A DNA stretch of 64,000 bases. Origin: Cenarchaeum sp. Lineage in GTDB: Archaea > Thermoproteota > Nitrososphaeria > Nitrososphaerales > Nitrosopumilaceae. The notes under the pieces are model-generated. The model saw only the letters and a list, made by a program, of their open reading frames with translations, did no database searches and was not told where the DNA came from. The stretch covers positions 1,312,001 through 1,376,000 of the forward strand of contig OZ242221.1 in assembly GCA_965206845.1 (NCBI GenBank). Reading direction: 5' to 3'. The position numbers were made by a program, and so were the translations under genes. This document shows, in pieces, positions 29,516-39,221 of this stretch. How positions within the stretch are numbered: the first letter of the stretch is position 1; each line of letters opens with the position of its first letter.

Positions 29516-30085
29516 TTAGATTACTTGCCAGGGTCGTGTTGCGAACGTGATAACGTAGCCCACACCAATCAGAATTGACTGATACATGATGTTGGTATAC
29601 GGAATCTCCTTGAGGATGTATTCGCCTGTTACGACTACTGTCTGTCCTGGACCAAGTCCTGGACCTACTGTCGCGACGTTAAGCTGTGTGTGCACGTGGT
29701 ATACTCCTGGCTCTAAGGCCATTGCGCAAACTCTGTATGGTACGATGCTGTTTCCGTCGATGTCAAATACGTTTCCTGGCGGATCTCTCTCCTGAATCTC
29801 CCATCTGTTACCTGCGTTGGTTGACTCTGAGAATATGGATGTCCATCCTCTCAGATCCCTCTCTACTAGGCTGTTCAGATTGCCAGTTATGCAGAGCGTT
29901 TCACCGGTCTGCATAGATCCGCTGTTGAATGACTCATCTTCGATTCTGATGAAGCGACTCTGGAGTTGTGCCTGGACACCGTGCGCCTCTGCCGATGGTA
30001 AGATGGTTTCAACCCAGTTGAAGCCAACTGTACCTAGGGTCAGTATTACGCCCAGTCCCAATACGATTAGTTTTTTATTGATCAT
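29516..30085 (-). CDS. amoB: ammonia monooxygenase subunit B
   Basis: AHGVQAQLQSRF, YHVHTQLN and ATRPWQVI motifs. Confidence 0.97.
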   Translation of the reverse strand: MINKKLIVLGLGVILTLGTVGFNWVETILPSAEAHGVQAQLQSRFIRIEDESFNSGSMQTGETLCITGNLNSLVERDLRGWTSIFSESTNAGNRWEIQERDPPGNVFDIDGNSIVPYRVCAMALEPGVYHVHTQLNVATVGPGLGPGQTVVVTGEYILKEIPYTNIMYQSILIGVGYVITFATRPWQVI

Positions 30086-30159
30086 AGTTCCCACTTCTTA
30101 ACAAACTGTGTGGATATAGAACGTTATATGTTTTACCTTGATATCGGTAGATTTTGTAG

Positions 30160-30600
30160 TATGGGACGGATACTGGCGGGTACATCCTTCCCCACGCCGC
30201 ATGATGCCCCTCCATTGTCTGCAGATCTGCAGCAGCTCCGCCACTTGGGCCGTACCTTGGACACAAGCGCCTGGCAGGCACCCGCACACCCTCCCGGTAT
30301 GGCGACATGCGCGCTCCCGCAGTTGTACCGCCACGTGAGCAGATCTGCGAGATCGCTTCTGCGCATCAGCACCGTCTCGGACCCTAGCAGTACACACTGA
30401 ATCCTTCTGTGTGGCCTCTGTTCTGCTGCTGGCTTGGGAATGTCTCGCGCATGCCGGAGTCCGGTGAACTCTCGACTCGATCGGCCACCCCTCAAGTTCT
30501 AATGCCTGCTCTTCCTTGCTTCTGACGTGCTGGTGCAGATCTGTGAACCGTGGTTGGTCGTCACTGAAGCCAGCCTCTTGTGGTTCTTATGGACTCTTCA
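30160..30600 (-). pseudogene. degenerate IS481 3' remnant
   Basis: Translated pieces NHKRLASVTTNHGSQI, SETVLMRRSDLADLLTWRYN, QALVSKVRPK and GHHAA are colinear with the IS481 transposase at 31822-32774. Confidence 0.8.
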
Positions 30601-30791
30601 GGATCCGATGTCTGTTTGTTGTCGATGTTTAACAGCGGACAGAACGAAGTTTGTGTTGTAATTCCTTTGCCAATATACGGGTATTTTTGTAAATTGTGGC
30701 ATGTGTTATTGCGCATCTTGTAATAACATGGCACCAGATCTCATCCGTGGCTGACACCTGCTTTATATTCGAACCGCGGCGTACATATCAC

Positions 30792-31355
30792 ATGGCACAA
30801 ATGCCCGCTCTAATCCCAAAAGAGGTCGAGATCCAGAGACTCAAGAAGATCTGGCTCATCGTCATCGCAATGGGATCAACTGCAGCGTCGGTCGAGGTAG
30901 ACAACTTTGTCGACGGTTCCCTGCACCAGACATCCATAAGAGACAGCGCGTTTACTCCTGCACACTGGTGGCTATACTCCCACTTTGTAGCACTGCCACT
31001 GGGCTGGGGCTCGGTCGCAATCTACGATAGAAGGGTGCCAGTACTCAGAGGCCCGAACAACTCGATGAACACGGGACTGAAGATGACCATCCTTGGTTAT
31101 CTTGCGACCATGTTCACCATAGGCATCAATGAGATGTGGCACTTTTGGTTCGTGGAAGAGATCTTCGCGGTACCAAACCACTGGATGTTCAACATGGGTG
31201 TAGTCGTGGCCTTTATGGGCGCACTCGCGTACGTCGTAAGGGTGTATGCGAGACTGGTCGAACTTGGCGCAGAGACACCCGGTGAGAACCCGTACGTTGC
31301 AGAGATGTACAAGATGGCCCTTGAAGGCAAGCTGTACAGCCGCGCAATACCCTAA
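30792..31355 (+). CDS. amoC: ammonia monooxygenase subunit C
   Basis: MAQMPALIPKE, DGSLHQTSIRDSAFTPAH and NEMWHFWFVEEIF motifs. Confidence 0.98.
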   Translation: MAQMPALIPKEVEIQRLKKIWLIVIAMGSTAASVEVDNFVDGSLHQTSIRDSAFTPAHWWLYSHFVALPLGWGSVAIYDRRVPVLRGPNNSMNTGLKMTILGYLATMFTIGINEMWHFWFVEEIFAVPNHWMFNMGVVVAFMGALAYVVRVYARLVELGAETPGENPYVAEMYKMALEGKLYSRAIP

Positions 31356-31794
31356 ATGCGTAAGCATTTTCTTTTATTTTTTCATGCAATGCCACGCGTA
31401 CTGCGGCACGATCTCAGATCTTCTCCTGCCTAGATGCGGGTTTGCTTCGAGAGGCATAGGCTCAGGAGTGGATCACTTGCATCCTCCGGCAGTAGCGTGG
31501 TGGCAGTAACCGAACCCCAAATTCGCTCTGCTAGGCAGTGACTGGCATGCCAGGACTGGAAAAAGCAGTCGGCGCGTAGTGGATAGAACGCAGGGATCGA
31601 ATCCAGATGGCCTTACTGGGGCAGCAGTGGCCGGGAGCACGACCTGCTGTCCCGGAACCGGCAGGCACAGGAACCAGACTGCGTGGCCATGTCAGTATGG
31701 GATCAAATCCTACTCCATTCAGACACAAAAGCACATCTCGGAAGAATCTTTACGCCTGGCCAGTGCAACACGAGGTCTCGTGCCCATACGACTA

Positions 31795-32925
31795 TGTGGG
31801 ATCCAGAAAGTAGTTCCCCCCTCACGCCGCATGATACTCCTCCCCCGTCTGCTCGTCAATAACGGCCTCTCCCTTTGGAGGCATCTTGCGCACAAACGCC
31901 TGGGCTGGCGTCTCCCGCTCGTCCCTGTTCAGTGACATGTGCGGCCTGTCATGATTGTACCACTGCATGAACAGATCTATGGGATCGCTCTTGCGCATCA
32001 GCATTGCCTCAAACTCGGGCAGCTTGCGCCGGATCTTCCCGTACAGCCTCTCCAGCTTGCCGTTGGTCTGCGGGTGCTTGACGCGCGCCAGAATCTGGTG
32101 GATTCCCAGCCCGACCAGCCTCTTCTCGAAATCAGACGCCCCCTTCCTCTTTGCCTCTGACGCGTTGGCATAGAACTGGGAGCCGTGGTCGGTCATTATC
32201 GAAGCCGGCTTGCCGTGGTTCTTTATGGCCTCCTCCAGCACGGCCAGCGCGTTCTCCGTAGTGGCATGCTCAAGCGCCCCGTACCCGGTGACAAACCGCG
32301 AGGCGTCGTCCCCGTAGCACAGGAACCACCTGCCGTCGTCTGACAGCTTGAAGTCCGTGTGCCACATGGAGTTGGAGTAGGTGCGCTCGTAGCGGATCCA
32401 CTTCCGTCTCTGGCTCTTCTTTGGCTGCCTGGATGCCAGATGCTCGTCCCTCAATATCTTGTGGTGGTGCTGTGGGGGATATTTATTCCGGTGCTGTCCC
32501 TTATGCCGTCCTGCATGCCTGCAGCCCCCAGGTGCTCCCTGTAGCGGACAGAGAGCACTGCAGAGTGCTCCCGGCGGCCCGGGAGGCCGTTCTCGGGCCT
32601 GCCCATGCGTGCAGGATGGAGTATCTTGCCGGCATCCGCGTGCTTGTACCGGACCCAGAGCTTCTTGACCCAGCGCGTGGATACGTCCATGGTCTGGGCA
32701 ACGTGGTTGGCGGTGGCCCCCTTTCGCTTCTGGGCTATGATCCACCTGACCTTGGATTCATCTAGTTTTTTCATTACACGAACCCTTCGGCCGCCTATGT
32801 GTCTCCACAGCCTGGCGCATTCTGGCCGGATCCGAGCGCCTTCATTCCCGGTAAGGGAAACGCTCGCACTGTCTTTCAGACGTTTTGCTCCTTCCGACAG
32901 GGGGTGAACTACTTTTCGGACTACA
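31795..32925 (-). mobile_element. IS481-family element
   Basis: TGT...ACA ends with imperfect TIRs; 13-bp direct repeat GCCCATACGACTA at 31782-31794 and 32929-32941. Confidence 0.9.
31822..32774 (-). pseudogene. IS481 transposase, frameshifted near 32465
   Basis: HTH N-terminus (32451-32774) and integrase core WHTDFK, TDHGSQF, GKLER lie in different frames. Confidence 0.9.
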
Positions 32926-32979
32926 GACGCCCATACGACTAAGAAAGACTTAAAAGGATTCTGGATATTACAAATTCAA

Positions 32980-33342
32980 ATGACTCTTCCAAAAGGATTT
33001 GGCTCAGGTGGCGCTGGCGGAGCTGGACAAGCAGATGTAGAAAAGATGATCGGCAAGCGTGTCGAAAACATGACTGGTCTGATCACCATCTCATACATTG
33101 CAGCTTGGCTGGCTACCTTTGGCGGTACCGCAGCAGGATACTTCTACTATCCGTGGGCATACCCCACACCAAGCGGTCACTATGCCTTCATTGTCCTAAC
33201 AATAATTGAGGCGATTGGCTATCTGTTCTGCGTTAAAGTAATGCAGGAAGGATCCAACAAGAACAGTAATGGTGTTATAGCGGTAACCCTCGCAGCAACT
33301 GCGGTGGGTACCGTGCTTATCTCACTGTTCGTAGGAAACTAG
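32980..33342 (+). CDS. amoX: ammonia monooxygenase subunit X
   Basis: MTLPKGFG N-terminus, three TM helices, located between amoC and amoA. Confidence 0.88.
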   Translation: MTLPKGFGSGGAGGAGQADVEKMIGKRVENMTGLITISYIAAWLATFGGTAAGYFYYPWAYPTPSGHYAFIVLTIIEAIGYLFCVKVMQEGSNKNSNGVIAVTLAATAVGTVLISLFVGN

Positions 33343-33819
33343 AGGGCTCAATCTTCTGTTTTTCTCTTTTTCGTGTCACAAGCTAGCTTCAGTAATCCCA
33401 GATGTGCCAGATCTAGCACCTGTGAGAGTTTAGATCACCTCCATCATGCCCATGAAGAGTTCAATTTGGCATGGGTCAAACCCTCGTATTCTGTCGTATG
33501 CGTCGTCATTTGTGTCTAAACCTACATGAAATGGCCAAAAATATCTGAGTGGGACCAGCCCCTCACTCAGTCAAATGGTGGCGACTTAACCTCTTACTGG
33601 CACATCTGGGATTACTGAGCTTACATGCTGGGCTTGCTGTGGCCAGAACCGTGCTCCGGCCTGTTCTAGGACGTCTCTGCCCGGCAGAAGACTACCGATC
33701 TGGGGTATGGCGACCCTGCCGTATGGCAACACCTGATGCGCCGAGTCAGGCGTGGATTCCCATGCGACTCTCGCGCAGGCGTATAAAATTTTATATACCA
33801 ACCGTTCAGTCTACTAGTA

Positions 33820-34470
33820 ATGGTCTGGCTAAGACGTTGTACACACTACTTGTTCATAATAGTAGTTGCAGTAAACTCTACTCTGTTGACGATTAACGCA
33901 GGTGACTACATCTTCTACACTGACTGGGCATGGACTTCGTTTGTAATATTCTCTATATCGCAGACGTTGATGCTCGCTGTTGGTGCTACATACTACCTCA
34001 CATTCACAGGCGTTCCAGGAACAGCTACGTACTACGCTCTGATAATGACGGTATACACGTGGATCGCAAAGGGTGCATGGTTTGCACTGGGTTATCCATA
34101 CGACTTTATCGTCACTCCAGTTTGGCTGCCATCGGCAATGCTGTTGGATTTGGCTTACTGGGCTACGAAGAGAAACAAACACTCGCTGATCCTGTTTGGC
34201 GGGGTACTGGTAGGAATGTCATTGCCCCTGTTCAACATGGTAAACCTACTGACAGTTGCAGACCCACTAGAAACGGCGTTCAAATACCCGAGGCCAACAC
34301 TGCCTCCGTACATGACCCCGATAGAACCCCAGGTGGGTAAGTTCTATAACAGCCCAGTAGCGTTGGGCGCGGGAGCTGGCGCAGTGTTGTCGGTGACGTT
34401 TACGGCGTTGGGTTGTAAGCTAACTACGTGGACGTATAGATGGATGGCCGCATGGTCAAAGTGGGACTAA
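33820..34470 (+). CDS. amoA: ammonia monooxygenase subunit A
   Basis: MVWLRRCTHY, AGDYIFYTDWAW and WMAAWSKWD motifs. Confidence 0.99.
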   Translation: MVWLRRCTHYLFIIVVAVNSTLLTINAGDYIFYTDWAWTSFVIFSISQTLMLAVGATYYLTFTGVPGTATYYALIMTVYTWIAKGAWFALGYPYDFIVTPVWLPSAMLLDLAYWATKRNKHSLILFGGVLVGMSLPLFNMVNLLTVADPLETAFKYPRPTLPPYMTPIEPQVGKFYNSPVALGAGAGAVLSVTFTALGCKLTTWTYRWMAAWSKWD

Positions 34471-34675
34471 ATCCCCAACCTTTTCCTTTTCTATTTTGTA
34501 TCGTCTGAGGCTGTGCCTTGATGCAGCTTTTTGTTTGGATCCGTTCCCGCGCATGACTGCCCCGGGCGTATGATCCGGCCTGGACATCCCAGTTACCCCT
34601 AATCCAAAAAAAGTCAGTTTGGGATCAAGTTTTTTTTACATCCGGGATCATAACAAACTCTGACACTACTCTACA

Positions 34676-35530
34676 TTGACGCAGCAGGTAGGGCAGCTGG
34701 ATTCCCCAAAGCCGTTCGTAAAGTGGGCCGGCGGGAAGAGGCAACTGATCTCCGTAATCAACGCAAACATACCGCTCTCCTTTGGTACGTACTTTGAGCC
34801 CTTTCTGGGCGGCGGGGCGGTTCTGTTTCACCTGCTGTCCGCCAGGCAGTCTGTCGCTTGTCGAGTCTCGGATCTCAACCCGGATCTGGTGCTGGCGTAC
34901 GTGGCCATCCGGGACAGAGTGAATGCAGTAGTCTCTTCACTCAAGCGCCATGCAAAAGGGTACATGTCGGATCCGCGCGCGTACTATTACGGCGTGCGCA
35001 GCTCCGTGCCTGATGGCGGAGTCGAGAAGGCATCCCGCCTCATCTTCCTCAACCGCACCTGCTTTAACGGCCTGTACCGAGTAAACAGCCGTGGCATGTT
35101 CAACGTTCCGCTGGGAAAGTACGTAAACCCCAACATTGTAAACGAGGAGAACCTCCGTGCGGTGAGCAGATCCCTGCAGTCAGAGAGGGTGCAGATCTCC
35201 TGCGGGGACTTTGAGATTGCATGCAGCTCCATGCGACGTGGCGACTTTGTCTACTTTGACCCTCCATACCAGCCAGTCAGCAGGACTGCCAGCTTTACCG
35301 GCTACACCCGCCAAGACTTTGGCGCAACAGATCTCAAGCGCCTAGTCGATCTCTGTCATGCCTTGGACTCCCGGGGATGCCACGTACTACTGTCAAACTC
35401 CAACTTGCAGGAGATTGCAGATCACTTTGACGGGGACTGGGAGGTGACAACAGTCAGCGCCAACCGTTGCATCAACTCATCTGGAGCAGGGAGAGCCGGG
35501 CATACCGAGCTCATGATAAGAAACTATTGA
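34676..35530 (+). CDS. Dam-family DNA adenine methyltransferase (no adjacent endonuclease)
   Basis: KWAGGK, YFEPFLGGG, NRTCFNGLYRVN and DPPY motifs. Confidence 0.93.
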   Translation: MTQQVGQLDSPKPFVKWAGGKRQLISVINANIPLSFGTYFEPFLGGGAVLFHLLSARQSVACRVSDLNPDLVLAYVAIRDRVNAVVSSLKRHAKGYMSDPRAYYYGVRSSVPDGGVEKASRLIFLNRTCFNGLYRVNSRGMFNVPLGKYVNPNIVNEENLRAVSRSLQSERVQISCGDFEIACSSMRRGDFVYFDPPYQPVSRTASFTGYTRQDFGATDLKRLVDLCHALDSRGCHVLLSNSNLQEIADHFDGDWEVTTVSANRCINSSGAGRAGHTELMIRNY

Positions 35531-35603
35531 AGCCCCGAACGGGATTTGAACCCGCGGCCTTTACCTTACCAAGGTAACGCTCTACCGGCTGAGCTATCAG
35601 GGC
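35531..35603 (-). tRNA. tRNA-Thr(GGT)
   Basis: Cloverleaf GCCCTGA...anticodon GGT...GGTTCAAATCC. Confidence 0.95.
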
Positions 35604-35709
35604 ACCTCTCTACTTGGACTGTCCAAATCCTTATAATTCTTGATTATTTCCCGGCGCATGCGATCACCCGCACCACGTAATGTGTGAAAACCCGACCGGC
35701 ACCCTAAAT

Positions 35710-36696
35710 CTAGAGGTGCATCCTGACCCTTTCAAGCAGTATGACGGGAATCATTGCAATTATCCCAATCATCATGATATGCGAAAACTCCGGTACTACC
35801 GCGATGCCGCCAAAGCAGGCAGCCTCGTCCTCCAGATTGCCGTTTAGGAACATTGAGCACCCTGCGCCGTCTGTCTGGATGATGATGTCCCCGGTATGTG
35901 TCCTAAGAAGATGGTCCGCGCCGGCATACCTGTTGACTGCATCTTGGTGCGGATGTCCGTACTGGTTGTTCTCGTTTGCCGAGAATATTACGGTTCTTGG
36001 CGTGGTGGCATCTACGAATGCCGGCGTGCTTGCATGCTTTGAGCCATGGTGCGGCGCGTTGAGAATGTCCACATCTAGGACGTCTGCGGCATATCTGTTG
36101 ACAAGCCACGACTCTGTGGTAAAGGTGGCGTCGGCCGTAAACAGGAACTCAATGTCGCCATACTCCAAGAGCATGATCACGGAATTTGAGTTTTCGAGCG
36201 ACGCGTTTCGCCTTTCACTGATCAGTGATTCTGGCGGACTGAGAACCCTGACAGATACCGAATCATCAAGATTTATGGTGTCGCCCGTATGTGCGATGGA
36301 CCTGCCTTCTGCCAGGCTAAGGAATCTTTGATATGTCCGGGTCTCCTTCTCCGTGGGGCCTGTTATGATCCCCTTTACCTCGATCGATCCGTCCTGCAAC
36401 AAAGCGTTGAGTCCCCCTATGTGATCCTGATCCGGATGTGTTGCAACAACTGCGTCTATTGTGCTGATGTCAAATGACTGTAACACCTCCTTGATATTCG
36501 GGTATGCTGATGATAGCCCGCCATCAATGAGCATGGTCTTCTCGTTTGGGAAGATGACAAGTGTCGAGTCACCCTTTGTCTCAAGATCAATGAACACAAC
36601 CGTCAGCCCATCAAAGTCGTATGCGTCATGGTCTGCATATGCAAACGGGGCGGATGCCGCCGGCAATAACAACAACAGAATGTACGTTACCTTCAC
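35710..36696 (-). CDS. secreted ComEC/Rec2-like MBL-fold hydrolase with PEF-CTERM-like anchor
   Basis: Signal peptide; THPDQDH, PHHGS, YGHPH motifs; C-terminal VPEFS + TM + basic tail. Confidence 0.85.
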   Translation of the reverse strand: MKVTYILLLLLPAASAPFAYADHDAYDFDGLTVVFIDLETKGDSTLVIFPNEKTMLIDGGLSSAYPNIKEVLQSFDISTIDAVVATHPDQDHIGGLNALLQDGSIEVKGIITGPTEKETRTYQRFLSLAEGRSIAHTGDTINLDDSVSVRVLSPPESLISERRNASLENSNSVIMLLEYGDIEFLFTADATFTTESWLVNRYAADVLDVDILNAPHHGSKHASTPAFVDATTPRTVIFSANENNQYGHPHQDAVNRYAGADHLLRTHTGDIIIQTDGAGCSMFLNGNLEDEAACFGGIAVVPEFSHIMMIGIIAMIPVILLERVRMHL

Positions 36697-36856
36697 TCAG
36701 TCAAACCAAGCCGCGAGCGGTATTTGAACATGCTTGCACCGGCGATATCTGCTTCCCGTGGCGGAGTGCAACGAGATGGAAGCGAATGAGTGGCCAAGCT
36801 TGCGGCGCATTAAAAAGAGTAGAGAGCTCTGCTGTATGACACCTGCGTAGATTCAG

Positions 36857-36930
36857 TGGACTGGAGGGGATTTGAACCCCTGACCCCCCGCGTGCAAGGC
36901 GGGTATACTACCAGGCTATACTACCAGCCC
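36857..36930 (-). tRNA. tRNA-Ala(TGC)
   Basis: Cloverleaf GGGCTGG...TGC...GGTTCAAATCC. Confidence 0.95.
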
Positions 36931-37164
36931 ACAGGCTTGATGGCAGTGCTAGAGATTTTAACTGTTGCTTGGTATCTGACCGCATCGGCCCGTGGGCAGG
37001 GTTGTCTAAAGAACCGATCCTCCACCAACTGCCTCACCTGCTCTTCCAACTGAACCCAAAACCTCGGGCGGCATGTTTTGGCACCTGTGTCCACGGTAGC
37101 GGACTCTGAGCGATCTGACTAACCGAAGGGAAAGAATTTATTTGAAAAACTGACAATCAGGGTC

Positions 37165-37719
37165 ATGGTTCTGCTCGAGTCTGCAAAGATGCTAAAGAAG
37201 GGGGATGTCGCCCCGAACTTTGATCTGTTTGGAACCGATGGCAGAAGACACTCCGCTGACAGCTATGGGGACTATGAGGGACTGCTGGTGATCTTCATGT
37301 GCAACCACTGCCCGTATGTCAAGGCCAAACTGGGCGCCATCAAGGAGATACACAGCAGGTTCAGGGATCGCGTAGCGATTGTAGGCATCAACAGCAACGA
37401 CTCGACTCGATACCCCGACGACAGCTTTGAGAACATGAAGGCCGTGGCCAAGGAGAAGGGCCTGGAGTTTGACTACCTGGCAGATGAGACTCAGGAGGTG
37501 GCAAGAGAATACGGTGCTGCATGCACGCCGGACCCATTCCTCTTTGACAGGAAGCGGCGGCTTGTATTTCACGGCAGGCTTGATGACGCGCTCAAGCTCG
37601 ATGACACGGCCACGGAGAAGACCACGATGAACAACATAGAAAAGATGCTGGCAGGGCAGGAGATAGAGAAGGACTTTGATCCATCCATCGGATGCTCGAT
37701 CAAGTGGAAGCAGAATTAG
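37165..37719 (+). CDS. AhpC/TSA-like thioredoxin-family protein
   Basis: FMCNHCPYV, ACTPD and SIGCSIKW motifs. Confidence 0.9.
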   Translation: MVLLESAKMLKKGDVAPNFDLFGTDGRRHSADSYGDYEGLLVIFMCNHCPYVKAKLGAIKEIHSRFRDRVAIVGINSNDSTRYPDDSFENMKAVAKEKGLEFDYLADETQEVAREYGAACTPDPFLFDRKRRLVFHGRLDDALKLDDTATEKTTMNNIEKMLAGQEIEKDFDPSIGCSIKWKQN

Positions 37720-37750
37720 ACTTAAATGGCTGCGGGCTGCAAAAATTTCA

Positions 37751-37837
37751 GGGCCGGTAGCTCAGCTTGGCTGGAGCGTTCGACTGATAAACCATTTGGA
37801 TATCGAAAGGTCGTGAGTTCGAATCTCACTCGGCCCA
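37751..37837 (+). tRNA. tRNA-Ile(GAT) with 12-nt intron (37790-37801)
   Basis: Cloverleaf restored on removing AACCATTTGGAT at position 37/38. Confidence 0.92.
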
Positions 37838-37839
37838 TC

Positions 37840-38736
37840 TCACTCCTTGTATCTCTCAAAGGTCGTCTCTGACCACTGTAGTATCTTATCCATGTCGTGG
37901 GACAGAATGTCTGACTCCGCCTCGGCATCTTCGCTCATACTGCCGCACAGGGCCAGGGAGAGGTTGCCACGCTTGCGGATTCCTGCAGAGCTCACGGCGT
38001 CTGCAAAAAAGCTGAGGCCCTCTTCTGTCTGGGAGAAGACCACGATTATCATGATCCCGCGCCTAGACTTCCAGACCCGGGAGAGAAACTTTGGCAGGTC
38101 GATGTCAAACAAGACGTTTACCGATGAGGACATGTCGCCCAGATTGTACACCTGCCATCCCATGGAGCGGTACGACGCCTCGGCGCAGTAGCACTGCAAG
38201 AGGCTCTGGCCGTCTGCGGCGATCAGGGTGACATTTCTGTCGTCTTCGGCATCAGGCGCGTGCGCCTGCGCCAGCTTGACGCAGTTGAGGATCGAGCTCT
38301 CAAACATGCCCATCTCCGAGTTGCCTATTTTGGCCTCATCGTACATCAGGCGGACAGAGGAGATGGATGGGAGCATCACGTCGATCATGAGGCGCGGTAC
38401 GGATGCACCGGAGTTGATGCTGCTTTGAATCAGCGTGCGCGCGCGTAGGTCATGCCCCCCGATCAGGCTGTCCAGAAACCGGGCCTTTACCTTAAAGTAG
38501 TCGTCGGGAAACCGGAACAGCTCGGCTCCCTCCAGTGCAGTCCAGAGCGTAATGTTTCCTATGTCCCTGCGGCGGACCATCTCTTGGGCGGCAAACATGC
38601 TGAGGTACTTGGTTGTGGTAATCCTGTTGACGCCCAGCTCTGCAGATATCTCCACGCCGGACATCCCGATCTTTGATCCGGCCAGGATGTTCAGGATCTT
38701 TTCTCCGATCTCCAGCGTGGAGTAGCTCCTTGCCAT
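37840..38736 (-). CDS. HTH transcriptional regulator with B12-binding-like C-terminal domains
   Basis: N-terminal wHTH (SGVEISAELGVNRITTTKYL); MetH-cap-like helix region and GWQVYNLG. Confidence 0.7.
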   Translation of the reverse strand: MARSYSTLEIGEKILNILAGSKIGMSGVEISAELGVNRITTTKYLSMFAAQEMVRRRDIGNITLWTALEGAELFRFPDDYFKVKARFLDSLIGGHDLRARTLIQSSINSGASVPRLMIDVMLPSISSVRLMYDEAKIGNSEMGMFESSILNCVKLAQAHAPDAEDDRNVTLIAADGQSLLQCYCAEASYRSMGWQVYNLGDMSSSVNVLFDIDLPKFLSRVWKSRRGIMIIVVFSQTEEGLSFFADAVSSAGIRKRGNLSLALCGSMSEDAEAESDILSHDMDKILQWSETTFERYKE

Positions 38737-38996
38737 ATGTGGTTATGGCTACTGGTATCGTATAAAGAATGACTGCATGCGGTGGATAGAGGTCCGGTAG
38801 CCTGTCCGCAACGCCGGTTCCCATCCGGCTATGCGACAGCGCCGGTTGCACTTCGGGAAGGGGCGAGATCACCTACCGTACTGGCTCTGCCATGGGAACT
38901 TGGTCTTGGCGCATGCGCTGGCGCCAAGATGAACAGGGACTCGGGCCTCGAAATCTCGTAAACTGTTAAATTTTGCGCAGTCGAGGGTACTGTGTT

Positions 38997-39117
38997 GGAG
39001 GAGTAATCAAGCCTGGCCAAAGCAAGCCGTTTGGCTTTTGGACATGCAGGACTTAAGATCAAACAATGGGTGATCCTGTCTCCTAGGAGTTCGTGGGTTC
39101 GAATCCCACCTCCTCCA
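38997..39117 (+). tRNA. tRNA-Leu(TAA) with two introns (~39023-39043 in the D-arm, 39058-39072 at 37/38)
   Basis: Acceptor GGAGGAG/CTCCTCC, long variable arm; cloverleaf restored after removing both inserts. Confidence 0.88.
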
Positions 39118-39221
39118 TCCTCGTCACATGCCATACGGAGGCCCACAGGCCGCGCCACAGATCTGCAGATCCTGCCAAACCTTGGTACATTAAAAAAATA
39201 GAACGCAATTTTTTTTTGCAG

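Noticed and set aside
31565-31730. tRNA-like words (GGATCGAATCC, GGGATCAAATCCTACTCC)
   Set aside because: No cloverleaf can be built; at most chance similarity or an unrecognisable relic.
33440-33510. Weak similarity (IELFMGMM) to the IS5-like transposase
   Set aside because: Too short, with no colinear support, to call an IS remnant.
34676-35530. Restriction-modification system
   Set aside because: No adjacent restriction endonuclease; the neighbouring ComEC-like protein is predicted to be secreted.
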